Source: an uncultured Candidatus Saccharibacteria bacterium (GTDB taxonomy: Bacteria; Patescibacteriota; Minisyncoccia; Phycocordibacterales; UBA2100). From it: a DNA stretch of 64,000 bases. Positions 28,275-37,697 of this stretch are shown in pieces. The stretch's first letter is position 1, and every line of letters begins with the position of its first letter. A program made the position numbers and the translations under genes. Location of the stretch: the NCBI GenBank assembly GCA_964437185.1, contig CAYTFU010000002.1, positions 41,296 through 105,295 of the forward strand, given 5' to 3'. The notes under the pieces are model-generated. The model was not told the origin of the DNA and ran no database searches. It saw only the letters and a program-made list of their open reading frames with translations.

Positions 28275-29792
28275 ATGAGGAAATTCAAAACGGTCTTCGA
28301 GCAGTTGCCCACGCCCGTTAGCATCGCCGTTTTGCTCGTCATAATTGTGATTGTTATTACCACCTCGTGGACGCTATACAATCACACGGTCGACATTCTC
28401 ACGCAGAATTTAAGAGACCGTTTGCAGACTATCTCTGTTACCCAAGCGGCCAATGTCGATGCCTCGGATATTGAGGCACTTCAGGTAGAGGAGGATTGGA
28501 AAAAACCAGAGTGGGAACATCTGGTAAGTAAATTGCACAAAGCAAAGTACAGTAATGGTCAAATTGTTTTTATATACATTTTCCGAAAAACCAAGGATGA
28601 CCCGACCAAAATGGAATTCGTTGCAGACGCTGATTCAATTGACCCATATGCAAACATTAACAATAATCCAACCGGAGAAATAGTTTCCGCATCAACATGC
28701 CCTTTGTGCGTTGACTCCAACAGAGATGGAAAAATCGACAGAGAACATGCTGATAGGCTGCAGTGGCCCGGCATGCTGTTCCCCGAAATAGAAGGTGTGC
28801 CGGAAGCTTTTGCGGCATATAACGGCCCGATTACTGTGCCGGATATTTACACGGACGAATACGGCTCAGTTCTTACGGGCTTTGCTCCCATCACAAACGC
28901 AAGCGGGACTGTCGTAGCGATTCTGGGAACCGACATAAAAGCCGACGACTTTCTCACAATCACAAGGCAGACGCTGTATCCGTTTCTTGCGTTTATCGCC
29001 GCGCTGACGCTGATTATCGCCGTTTTGGCGGCATCGCTCATTTATATTTGGTCTCGACGTGCAAACATGTTAGCAAGACTTTCGCGTAGCCTAGAAATAG
29101 CTAATGCCCAGCAGGAAGGCCTTTTGCACTTTATTAGTCATGAGATCAAGGGCTACCTTACCAACAGCGAAGCAGGGTTTGCTTCCATCGCGGAGGGGGA
29201 TTACGGAGAGGTTACCCCTCAATTGAAAACCATGGCCACAAGCGCCCTCGCGAATGTCCGCAGGGGAGTGAGCACGGTGGTCGACATACTTCGTGCGGCG
29301 GATATGAAGCGAGGCACGGTCTCGTACAGAAAAGACCCTGTCGACGTGCGAGCGGTCGTCGAGAATGTTATCAACACACTTCGACCAAACGTCACAGAAA
29401 AAGGCCTAACTCTCGAGACCAACATCGCAGATGGGTCGTACACCACCTCGGGCGATGAGGAGAAACTTCGCAACAACGTCCTCCGCAACCTCATCGACAA
29501 CGCCATCCGATACACGCCGACCGGAACGATTACCATCAGCCTTTCCAACGCTGGCGGTACAATACGTTTTTCGGTAAAGGACAGCGGTGTCGGAATTACT
29601 GAGGAGGATAAGAAGCGATTATTTACTGAGGGTGGGCACGGCAAAGAATCCATAAAAACCAACGTCCATTCCACCGGCTACGGCCTCTTTATCGCAAAGC
29701 AAGTAGTAGACGCCCACGGCGGCAAAATCTGGGCCGAATCGGAAGGGGAGGGCAAAGGCTCCACGTTTGTTGTAGAGCTCCCCACTGCATAG
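28275..29792 (+). CDS. sensor histidine kinase with periplasmic Cache-like sensor; no adjacent response regulator
   Basis: Two TM helices, H-box FISHEIKGYL, N-box NLIDNAIRYTP, and DSGVGI...GYGLFIAKQVVDAHGG. TATAAT at 28264-28269. Confidence 0.9.
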   Translation: MRKFKTVFEQLPTPVSIAVLLVIIVIVITTSWTLYNHTVDILTQNLRDRLQTISVTQAANVDASDIEALQVEEDWKKPEWEHLVSKLHKAKYSNGQIVFIYIFRKTKDDPTKMEFVADADSIDPYANINNNPTGEIVSASTCPLCVDSNRDGKIDREHADRLQWPGMLFPEIEGVPEAFAAYNGPITVPDIYTDEYGSVLTGFAPITNASGTVVAILGTDIKADDFLTITRQTLYPFLAFIAALTLIIAVLAASLIYIWSRRANMLARLSRSLEIANAQQEGLLHFISHEIKGYLTNSEAGFASIAEGDYGEVTPQLKTMATSALANVRRGVSTVVDILRAADMKRGTVSYRKDPVDVRAVVENVINTLRPNVTEKGLTLETNIADGSYTTSGDEEKLRNNVLRNLIDNAIRYTPTGTITISLSNAGGTIRFSVKDSGVGITEEDKKRLFTEGGHGKESIKTNVHSTGYGLFIAKQVVDAHGGKIWAESEGEGKGSTFVVELPTA

Positions 29793-29806
29793 TAGAATGC
29801 GTTGGT

Positions 29807-30055
29807 ATGTTGACGAACAAAGATATAGACAAGATGATAAAGGTTTTCGCTACTAAGGAAGACATCCGGAGCGTCACCGATAGACTCGACAGGCTGGAAT
29901 CCTTGGTTCGCGGTCTTCTAACTGGGGTGGACAAACTCGCGACGAGTGTCGACAAATTGCTTTTGGAGTATGCGGCAGTCAGCGAACAACTTACGCGCCA
30001 CGAGAGGTGGATCAAACAAATCGCAAAAAAGTCTGGCGTGATGCTCGCGGACTAG
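29807..30055 (+). CDS. small coiled-coil protein, family member A
   Basis: 82 aa. The C-terminal EYAAVSEQLTRHERWIKQIAKKSGVMLAD aligns with the ORF at 60378-60653. Confidence 0.65.
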   Translation: MLTNKDIDKMIKVFATKEDIRSVTDRLDRLESLVRGLLTGVDKLATSVDKLLLEYAAVSEQLTRHERWIKQIAKKSGVMLAD

Positions 30056-30085
30056 CAGTGCATTAGACTTGATTCTTTTCTATAA

Positions 30086-30175
30086 AAAGTAGACACTCGC
30101 AAGTGCAAAATCTGGGCCGAATCGGAAGGGGAGGGCAAAGGCTCCACCTTCATTGTCGAACTTCCCGCAGCTTAA
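30086..30175 (+). pseudogene. orphan 3' fragment of a diverged histidine-kinase allele
   Basis: Reads KVDTRKCKIWAESEGEGKGSTFIVELPAA-stop versus the HK C-terminus VVDAHGGKIWAESEGEGKGSTFVVELPTA-stop. A 43-bp core is identical (30105-30147 = 29722-29764). Confidence 0.65.
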
Positions 30176-30207
30176 AATATCGACGATTTTCTGCTATCAT
30201 AGGTCGC

Positions 30208-31143
30208 ATGACACGCCTTTTTACTGGCCTCCAGCCATCTGGATCGCTTCATATTGGCAACTATTTTGGCGCACTGAAGCAGACCGTCGAGCTTCTTCGA
30301 GACGCGGACGGATTGGTGATGATTGCGGATTACCATGCCCTCACGAGCCTCAAAGATGTACCCGCGCTTCGAAAAAATATTGGAGATGTGGTGCGCGATT
30401 ACGTGGCGGTGGGAGTTGATCCAAAGAAGGCGGTGATCTTTCAGCAGTCCTCCGTTTCGGCGCACACTGAGCTCGCATGGATTTTTGATTGCCTCGTCAC
30501 AGTTCCATTTCTCATGCAGGCCCACGCATACAAAGATAAAGTAGCAAAAGGATTGGAGGCCAACGCCGGCCTCTTCACATATCCCATGCTCATGGCTGCG
30601 GATATATTGCTCTACGACACCGACGTCGTACCCGTGGGCGCCGACCAGAGGCAGCACGTCGAGTACGCGCGCGAGGCCGCGACAAAGTTTAACAACGCAT
30701 TTGGCGAGACGTTTAGAATTCCGCAAGAAAAGATTCTTGACTCAGTCGCAATTGTGCCTGGTACCGATGGCAAAAAAATGAGCAAGAGCTATGGCAACAC
30801 TATCCCGCTGTTCGGTACTAAGGACGAAATCCAAAAAGCGGTGATGAGCATCGTTACCGACTCAAATGCAGAGAGCCCTGAAAACGTATACAACATTCAC
30901 CGACTTTTTAGGAGGAGGGAGGAGCTTTCCGTACTTTACACAGAGAACAAAGGGAAATATAAGGCTCTAAAAGACGCGCTCGTCGAGGATATTGAAGGCA
31001 TGATCGCCCCGATGCGCGCGCGACGCGAGAGTCTTACCGATGAGGATGTGCGGGCGATTCTTAAGGATGGGGGCGATAGGGCGCGTGAGCAAGCCGACAA
31101 AAAAATGTCTATTATTCGCCAAGCGGTCGGCGTGGCAATATAA
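30208..31143 (+). CDS. trpS: tryptophanyl-tRNA synthetase
   Basis: TGLQPSGSLHIGNYFGA (HIGH) and KKMSKS motifs. The ORF-track GTG start at 30103 runs through the HK remnant in another frame and is rejected. Confidence 0.93.
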   Translation: MTRLFTGLQPSGSLHIGNYFGALKQTVELLRDADGLVMIADYHALTSLKDVPALRKNIGDVVRDYVAVGVDPKKAVIFQQSSVSAHTELAWIFDCLVTVPFLMQAHAYKDKVAKGLEANAGLFTYPMLMAADILLYDTDVVPVGADQRQHVEYAREAATKFNNAFGETFRIPQEKILDSVAIVPGTDGKKMSKSYGNTIPLFGTKDEIQKAVMSIVTDSNAESPENVYNIHRLFRRREELSVLYTENKGKYKALKDALVEDIEGMIAPMRARRESLTDEDVRAILKDGGDRAREQADKKMSIIRQAVGVAI

Positions 31144-31166
31144 CGATTTACGAAACCACTAATTTT

Positions 31167-32573
31167 ATGGCAAGAACGTTCATCAAGGATTTGCAAAACG
31201 CTGTCGACACGACGGTACTCATCAAGGGCTGGGTGTCGGTGCGGCGAGATCAAGGCAAGATGGTCTTTTTCGATTTTCGCGATATGACAGGCACGGTACA
31301 GGGCGTCGTCCTGCCGGGAAGCGCAGCGATAGAGATTGCAAAAAACACGAGCCGCGAGAGCGTGGTCTACGTGACGGCTGAGGTCAAACAACGGCCTGAA
31401 AAGAATAGACAACACGGTAAACAAAACGGCGACATTGAACTGGTCGTTACCGAACTTACCGTGGAGAGTCCGTCGGCGGTCCTGCCGTTTGAGGTTAATG
31501 AAGATACGTTTGGCATCGGGGAAGAAACTCGGCTCGAACACCGCTACCTTGATCTCCGAAGCGAGCGCATGCAGCGCAATCTGCGCCTGCGCAGCGAATT
31601 CGTGCGACGCTGTCGAGACTTTCTTTTTGAAAATTTATTTACAGAAATCGAGACGCCGCTTCTTACCGAATCTACTCCCGAAGGCTCTCGAGATTTCGTG
31701 GTGCCCTCGCGCCTTCATCCAGGCAAATTTTATGCGCTGCCGCAGTCGCCGCAACAATACAAACAATTGCTTATGGTAGGCGGCTTCGAGCGCTATTTTC
31801 AAATCGCGCGAGCAGTGCGTGACGAAGACCTGCGGGCGGATCGAGGATTTGAGCACACCCAGGTAGACATTGAGATGTCTTTTGTCGACCAGGAAGAGGT
31901 CATGCAGACGATAGAAGCGATGATCACGACCTCGGTGGAGGCGATGGGATTTACTGTGAAGCAAAAACCATTTCCTCGCCTTACTCACGCCGAATCAATG
32001 GAACGATATGGAGCCGACAAATTTGATTCGCGCACAGAGGAGGAAAAGAAAGAGGGGATACTTGCATTTGCGTGGGTCTATAAGTTTCCTTTCTTTGAAA
32101 AAACTCCTGAGGGCGGATGGACCTTTACACACAATCCGTTTTCAATGCCTATTGCCGAGCACATAGACAATGTCTTGCAAAAGAAAGACATTGGGGAAAT
32201 CTTAACGACGCAATACGATCTTGTGTGCAATGGATTCGAATCGGGTGGGGGCAGCATACGATCACATCGAGCCGATATACTGCGCGCGACCTACGAGATT
32301 ATGGGGTATTCGGAGAGCGAGACGGACGAGCGCATCGGGCACATGCTTCGCGCGTTTGAGTACGGCACGCCGCCACACGGCGGCATTGCGATTGGCGTCG
32401 AGCGCATTATCATGAATCTGACAGGGGAGTCGTACCTGCGAGAAGTGCAGGCATTTCCGATGACGCGCGGCGGCCAAACGGCCGTTATGAGCGCCCCGAA
32501 GCCGCTCACGAAAGAGCAGCTCGCAGAATTGCATATCTCAATTCAACCAGATAAGAAGCATGGAACGATTTGA
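31167..32573 (+). CDS. aspS: aspartyl-tRNA synthetase, bacterial-type but lacking the GAD insertion domain
   Basis: FYALPQSPQQYKQLLM, FQIARAVRDEDLRADR and GGGSIR motifs. 468 aa; YGADKFD is followed almost directly by the motif-3 half. Confidence 0.92.
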   Translation: MARTFIKDLQNAVDTTVLIKGWVSVRRDQGKMVFFDFRDMTGTVQGVVLPGSAAIEIAKNTSRESVVYVTAEVKQRPEKNRQHGKQNGDIELVVTELTVESPSAVLPFEVNEDTFGIGEETRLEHRYLDLRSERMQRNLRLRSEFVRRCRDFLFENLFTEIETPLLTESTPEGSRDFVVPSRLHPGKFYALPQSPQQYKQLLMVGGFERYFQIARAVRDEDLRADRGFEHTQVDIEMSFVDQEEVMQTIEAMITTSVEAMGFTVKQKPFPRLTHAESMERYGADKFDSRTEEEKKEGILAFAWVYKFPFFEKTPEGGWTFTHNPFSMPIAEHIDNVLQKKDIGEILTTQYDLVCNGFESGGGSIRSHRADILRATYEIMGYSESETDERIGHMLRAFEYGTPPHGGIAIGVERIIMNLTGESYLREVQAFPMTRGGQTAVMSAPKPLTKEQLAELHISIQPDKKHGTI

Positions 32574-33285
32574 GGTTGCTACGCCTACATTTGCAGGCCC
32601 CTTAGAGGCGCTGCTCAATCTGATCGAGGATCGGAAGATGGCGGTATCAGACATATCACTTGCCGAAGTCGCCAATTCGTATCTTTCCTACGTCGAAAAA
32701 CTCCCGGAACTACCGCTTGCCGAGACTTCGCAATTTATCCTCGTCGCATCGACACTGCTCCTCATTAAATCGAGATCACTTCTTCCAACGCTTGAACTTT
32801 CCGAAAGCGAGCGAGAAAGCGTGGAAGAGCTCGAACGAAGGCTCGCGCGCTACGCGCTGTACCGCAATGCCGCAAAGACTCTGCGGCAGCATTGGATGAA
32901 GCGACCCTTTCTTTTCGCGCAACGAGCTCCTGCGCGCAGCGCTGTATTTAGTCCGGCCAACGCGGCGCGTGATACGATACGTGCGGCGGCCGAGCGGTTG
33001 ATCCACGTACTTCCAAAGCCAGAATCGCTTGCCCGAGCCGCCGTAGCACCTGTGCTCGCGCTGGAGGAAGTAGTGACGCATCTCAAGCAACGACTTTCCG
33101 CCGCGTTTAAAGCTCGATTTAGCGAGCTTACAGGATCGCGGCCGAAAGCCGAAGTGATCGTATACTTTTTGGGAATTCTCGAACTCGTACGATCGGGTTC
33201 TGCAAGCGTTACGCAGGATGCACTTTTTGAAGATATGATGATCGAAGTCGAGGGAATGGCTTCTACGCCACAATATGGGATCTGA
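32560..33285 (+). CDS. scpA: segregation and condensation protein A
   Basis: FAGPLEALLNLIEDRKMAVSDISLAEV N-terminus typical of ScpA; followed by scpB. Confidence 0.88.
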   Translation: MERFEVATPTFAGPLEALLNLIEDRKMAVSDISLAEVANSYLSYVEKLPELPLAETSQFILVASTLLLIKSRSLLPTLELSESERESVEELERRLARYALYRNAAKTLRQHWMKRPFLFAQRAPARSAVFSPANAARDTIRAAAERLIHVLPKPESLARAAVAPVLALEEVVTHLKQRLSAAFKARFSELTGSRPKAEVIVYFLGILELVRSGSASVTQDALFEDMMIEVEGMASTPQYGI

Positions 33286-33865
33286 CGAGACGCGCACACT
33301 ATCCAACAAAATTCACGCCTTTTTGTTTAATGAAGGCGGGACTTTGACATTAAAAAAACTCATCCGGCTTACGAATGCGAGTGAGGCGGCGGTGCAGCAG
33401 GCGCTCGCAGCGCTCGCAGCGCAACTCGAAGGGACTGGATTAGCCCTCGTTCGCACCGACATGGAAGTAACACTCGCAATCGACGGCGCGACATCGCTGA
33501 GCGTTACGGAGGCGCTTGGCCGCGAGCAGAGCAGCGACATCGGCGATGCCGGACTCGAAGTTCTCGCAATACTGCTCTACCGCGGGCCTTCTACCCGTGC
33601 GCAGGTGGATTATATTCGCGGCGTCAACACGAGCTCAACAATGCGCGCGCTTCTTTCGCGCGGTCTGATCGAGCGCAGCGGAAATCCCGAGGATGGCCGC
33701 GAGTATCTCTACAGACCGACTGTCGATCTTCTTACGCACCTTGGCGTTCGCCATACAAGCGAACTTCCCGAACGCGAACGCTTTGCTGCAGAGATTGCCC
33801 TTTTTGAATCATCACAGCCCGCAATCAGCGATTCGTCAGGGACTGAAAATGCAGATACTGCCTAA
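33275..33865 (+). CDS. scpB: segregation and condensation protein B
   Basis: Double winged-helix pattern. AGLEVLAILLYRGPSTRAQVDYIRGVNTSSTMRALLSRGLIE. Confidence 0.88.
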   Translation: MGSDETRTLSNKIHAFLFNEGGTLTLKKLIRLTNASEAAVQQALAALAAQLEGTGLALVRTDMEVTLAIDGATSLSVTEALGREQSSDIGDAGLEVLAILLYRGPSTRAQVDYIRGVNTSSTMRALLSRGLIERSGNPEDGREYLYRPTVDLLTHLGVRHTSELPERERFAAEIALFESSQPAISDSSGTENADTA

Positions 33866-33868
33866 TCT

Positions 33869-34858
33869 ATGCCACCTCAAGACACCGAATCACCAGCATC
33901 GCCCGAAGATCCAATAGTTGCGCCTGGCGTTCGACCAATCCACAAGTATGCCGGTCTCGTGCTGATCTTTTTGCTATTCATCGCGAGTGCATGGTTTACC
34001 GCGACGTTTCTTTCGGATTCGCCAGGACCGATTCAACAAGTCGCCGCAGCGGCGATCCCCGATCCGTTTGATTCGGTAATGATAGAGGCCGAAAGTGCGT
34101 ATGTGCTCGACCTGAAGACCGGACGAGTGCTGTTTTCAAAAAACGCCGACGCTCAGCTTCCGCTCGCCTCGCTCACCAAGGTCGCGCTCGTCCTTGCGGT
34201 GCGCGACGCGCTCGCGGACACATCTCTTTTGATTCCTGAGCACGTTACTCCCGACGGCGCCCCGATCCGCCTTCCCTCACAGTGGCGCTTTGATGCGAAG
34301 GACGTCATGGACTTTACGCTTGTCGCATCGTCCAACGAAGGAGCGGAAATTCTTGCGAGCGCGGCTCGCGAGAGCGTGCGGCTCCGTTACCCACAGGCGT
34401 CACCACTACAGCCGGTCCTCTGGAGAATGAATGATATTGCTCAAAATCTAGGGCTTGCACATACGTACTTCTTGAACGTCACGGGCCTCGATCTGAGCGC
34501 CACGCAAGCGGGAGCGTACGGTTCAGCACATGATATGGCACTTCTCTTTGGGCATGCGGCATCCACCTCGGCGCATACGTTTGAACCCACGACCAAAGAC
34601 GAGTTGCAAATCAGGGCACTTTCGGGGCAATTGGTAACCGCGGAAAACACCGATTCTGCCTTGCCAGTCATACCTGGGATGATAGTGGGAAAGACGGGGT
34701 ACACTGATCTTGCGGGAGGGAACCTCGCCGTCGTGTTTGAGATAGGTCCCGCGCACCCTATTGCCGCTGTGGTGCTGCGCTCGACGCAAGAAGGTCGTTT
34801 TTCCGACATTGAGAAACTTATTACCAAAGCACAAGAAGCCATTGCCCTTGGCCACTAA
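33869..34858 (+). CDS. serine-type D-Ala-D-Ala carboxypeptidase (S11 PBP)
   Basis: SLTK, SSN and KTG active-site triad motifs in order, plus an N-terminal TM helix. Confidence 0.85.
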   Translation: MPPQDTESPASPEDPIVAPGVRPIHKYAGLVLIFLLFIASAWFTATFLSDSPGPIQQVAAAAIPDPFDSVMIEAESAYVLDLKTGRVLFSKNADAQLPLASLTKVALVLAVRDALADTSLLIPEHVTPDGAPIRLPSQWRFDAKDVMDFTLVASSNEGAEILASAARESVRLRYPQASPLQPVLWRMNDIAQNLGLAHTYFLNVTGLDLSATQAGAYGSAHDMALLFGHAASTSAHTFEPTTKDELQIRALSGQLVTAENTDSALPVIPGMIVGKTGYTDLAGGNLAVVFEIGPAHPIAAVVLRSTQEGRFSDIEKLITKAQEAIALGH

Positions 34859-34863
34859 ATTTT

Positions 34864-35928
34864 ATGCTGACCACATCGATCGTAATTATCCTCATTCCCG
34901 CTACAATCGCATTTATCGCGGGCATGCTTGGCGCGCCGATACTCATTAATTACCTCTACGCACAGAAGGCGTGGAAAAAAAAGGCGGGTAAGCAAGCGCT
35001 TGATGGCAACATTGCGCACGAATTTAATAAACTTCACATCCACAATGAGGTACGAGCGCCTCGCATGGGCGGGATTGTAGTGTGGGCGAGCGCGACCGTG
35101 ACGATCATGATGCTCTCGCTGCTTTCATACCTTTTTCCAAGCCCCGTCACAAAAGAACTCGATTTCTTAAGTCGCGGACAGACCTGGATCCCGCTCGCGA
35201 CCCTCCTAATCGGCGCGTTCGTGGGACTTATCGACGACCTGCTGGTGATACGGCCGTCGGGCGAGGGCTTGCGGCTGCGATATCGGCTGATAACCGTCGT
35301 TGTGTTATCTACCTGCATCGCATGGTGGTTTTGGGCGAAGCTCGGGGTGACGGCGATCAACATTCCTTTTTCTTCACCTCTCGAAATTGGCTGGCTGTTG
35401 ATACCATTTTTTGTTTTTGTGTCTCTCTGCCTCTACGCCTCAGGGGTTATTGATGGGGTTGATGGCCTTTCGGGGGGCGTATTCGCGACTATTTTTGCTT
35501 CTTACACGATTATTGCATTTGCTCAAAATCAAATCGACCTCGCGGCGTTCACGGCGTCGATCGCGGGTGGTCTCCTCGCGTTTTTGTGGTTTAACGTTCC
35601 TCCCGCGCGATTCTACATGAGCGACACCGGCACGATGGCCCTCACCCTCACGCTCGGGGTTGTCGCGCTGATGACAGACAATCTCGGGGAAGGGATCGGT
35701 ATTGCGGTGCTCCCGATTATCGGGATGCTCCTTGTCATCACCGTGCTTTCAGATATCGCCCAAGTTATTTCCAAAACATTTTTTGGGACCAAGCTGTTTC
35801 GCATCGCTCCGCTCCACCACCATTTCGAGGCGATCGGTTGGTCGAGCGCCAAGGTGACCATGCGATACTGGATTCTTTCCGTTATGTTTTCGTTTCTTGG
35901 CGTAATCCTCGCACTGCTCGCCATCTAA
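34864..35928 (+). CDS. mraY: phospho-N-acetylmuramoyl-pentapeptide transferase
   Basis: PRMGGI, IDDLL, VDGLDGL, MSDTGTMALT and APLHHHFE motifs. Confidence 0.95.
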   Translation: MLTTSIVIILIPATIAFIAGMLGAPILINYLYAQKAWKKKAGKQALDGNIAHEFNKLHIHNEVRAPRMGGIVVWASATVTIMMLSLLSYLFPSPVTKELDFLSRGQTWIPLATLLIGAFVGLIDDLLVIRPSGEGLRLRYRLITVVVLSTCIAWWFWAKLGVTAINIPFSSPLEIGWLLIPFFVFVSLCLYASGVIDGVDGLSGGVFATIFASYTIIAFAQNQIDLAAFTASIAGGLLAFLWFNVPPARFYMSDTGTMALTLTLGVVALMTDNLGEGIGIAVLPIIGMLLVITVLSDIAQVISKTFFGTKLFRIAPLHHHFEAIGWSSAKVTMRYWILSVMFSFLGVILALLAI

Positions 35929-35955
35929 GCGCAACGGGGGTGGTACTATTTCGGC

Positions 35956-37053
35956 ATGCGTCAGGGGAAAATCGATAAACCACTACTTCTTCTTCTCATT
36001 GTACTGGTACTTGGGGGCGTCGCTATTTTTGCTTCTGCCGCGTTTGGACTTCTCGCGAGAGGTCAAGACGGAATGAGTTCGGTGGCCTTCAACCACCTCG
36101 TGCTGGGCGTGGGCCTCGGCATGGCTGGACTCGCCGTATTCGCGCACGTGAATTACCGCCACTCCAAACCATACGCGCTACACCTCTTTGCGTTCACCAT
36201 CTTCGGCACCGCGCTCGTATTCATTCCGCAAATAGGCTTCTCTCATGGCGGTGGCACGCGCTGGCTCGACATCTTCGGACTCTCAGTTCAACCCTCTGAG
36301 GCACTCAAGCTCGGGGCAATTATCTTCACTGCGGCGTATTTTTCAGGAGCCAAGGGCCGTGCGGAGTCGCTCACGTGGGGACTCGGCGGTTTTTTTGCAA
36401 TCATTTCACTTCCGACCCTCATACTACTGTTACAGCCCGACATCGGTACGCTCATAATCGTGTGCATGCCTATTTTTGTTATGTACCTTCTCGCTGGCGC
36501 TCGCCTTCGACATGTGGCGATTGCGATTATTGTGGCGCTTTTGTGCTTCGGCGCCATCTTGATTGTAAAACCGCACGCACGCGCCCGCGTCACGACATTT
36601 CTCAACCCTGCCCAAAATCAACTTGCCTCGGGATACCAAATACGGCAATCCCTCATCGCCATCGGATCGGGTGAATTTCTCGGCCGTGGGCTCGGGCAGG
36701 GCGTGCAGAAATTTACTTACCTACCGGAGCCAATGGGGGATTCAATTTTTGCCGTTGCGGGTGAGGAATTTGGGTTTGTGGGCGCTACCACCATCGTGCT
36801 GCTTTTCTTGGGGTTTGGACTTCGCGGCTTCGGAATCGCAGCCCGCACGAGCGACCTCTTCGGGGCGCTGCTCGCTGTCGGCATTTCGACCTACCTTGTC
36901 GGTGAGGCGTTCATCAATATCGCCGCAATGCTCGGCCTTGCACCCCTTACAGGAGTCCCACTAACCTTCGTGAGCCAGGGAGGGAGCGCCATGCTCGTTT
37001 CCCTTGCCAGCGCGGGTATTCTTCTGAGCATCTCTCGAAATCAGAGAAAATGA
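35956..37053 (+). CDS. ftsW: SEDS-family peptidoglycan glycosyltransferase FtsW/RodA
   Basis: 10-TM protein with QPSEALK, GYQIRQSLIAIGSG, LPEPMGDSIFA and PLTGVPLTFVSQGGSAM motifs. Confidence 0.9.
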   Translation: MRQGKIDKPLLLLLIVLVLGGVAIFASAAFGLLARGQDGMSSVAFNHLVLGVGLGMAGLAVFAHVNYRHSKPYALHLFAFTIFGTALVFIPQIGFSHGGGTRWLDIFGLSVQPSEALKLGAIIFTAAYFSGAKGRAESLTWGLGGFFAIISLPTLILLLQPDIGTLIIVCMPIFVMYLLAGARLRHVAIAIIVALLCFGAILIVKPHARARVTTFLNPAQNQLASGYQIRQSLIAIGSGEFLGRGLGQGVQKFTYLPEPMGDSIFAVAGEEFGFVGATTIVLLFLGFGLRGFGIAARTSDLFGALLAVGISTYLVGEAFINIAAMLGLAPLTGVPLTFVSQGGSAMLVSLASAGILLSISRNQRK

Positions 37054-37079
37054 GCCAACAGGTTGTGCACCGTACAAGC

Positions 37080-37108
37080 TTGACGATATGACATACAATG
37101 TATATCAT
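37080..37108 (+). promoter_or_regulatory. promoter with overlapping imperfect palindrome (candidate BrnA operator)
   Basis: TTGACG, 17 nt spacer, TATCAT. A 21-bp near-palindrome ATGACATACAATGTATATCAT (37088-37108) spans the spacer and the -10 box. Confidence 0.4.
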
Positions 37109-37118
37109 ACAGACATCC

Positions 37119-37382
37119 ATGAAGTTCTTTGAATGGGACACCCGAAAGAACGAGTGGCTTATTAAAAATCGTGGGATCTCGTTTGAGATGTGCATCACGT
37201 GCATAGAGCAAGGGCACCTGTTGGCCGACACCTACAACGAACCGGCCCGTCCGCTCCAAAGGGTGTTTATTATCAACATTGAGGGATATGCGTATAAGGT
37301 GCCATACGTAGAGGATGAGGAGAAGATCTTTCTCAAAACAGCCTTCCCAAGTCGAGACGCAACGAGACAGTATCTGCGCTAA
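37119..37382 (+). CDS. brnT: BrnT-family (DUF497) ribonuclease toxin
   Basis: MKFFEWDTRKNEWLIKNRGISFE N-terminus characteristic of BrnT. An alternative ATG lies at 37098. Confidence 0.8.
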   Translation: MKFFEWDTRKNEWLIKNRGISFEMCITCIEQGHLLADTYNEPARPLQRVFIINIEGYAYKVPYVEDEEKIFLKTAFPSRDATRQYLR

Positions 37383-37400
37383 ACATCGCATAACACAAAT

Positions 37401-37664
37401 ATGAAGCCAAAAAATAACGTGCGACTAACCAAAGAAGAGCGGGAGATGGAGGCCGCATTTGCACGCGGAGAGTACAAGTCCATGCCGAATTTTAAAGCAG
37501 CGAAGACGCAGTATGAGGCTGCGGCACGTTATACGCTCACAAAAACACGCACCATCACGGTACGCATGACCGAGCGTGACATGATGCGACTCAAAGCAGC
37601 TGCCGCCCGCGAAGGCCTGCCGTATCAGACGCTCATTACCTCCATCCTGCATAAGCATGTGTAG
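37401..37664 (+). CDS. brnA: BrnA-like antitoxin with C-terminal ribbon-helix-helix
   Basis: 87 aa. ITVRMTERDMMRLKAAAAREGLPYQTLITSILHKHV is a CopG/RHH pattern; lies immediately after brnT. Confidence 0.78.
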   Translation: MKPKNNVRLTKEEREMEAAFARGEYKSMPNFKAAKTQYEAAARYTLTKTRTITVRMTERDMMRLKAAAAREGLPYQTLITSILHKHV

Positions 37665-37697
37665 GATTTAAGCTCTCGCTCGTGATAAAATGACCCG

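Noticed and set aside
30103-30207. N-terminal 35-aa extension of trpS from a GTG start
   Set aside because: The extension reads through the histidine-kinase 3' remnant in a different frame and gives an Arg/Gly-rich nonsense peptide. TrpRS homology begins at MTRLFTGLQPSG (ATG 30208).
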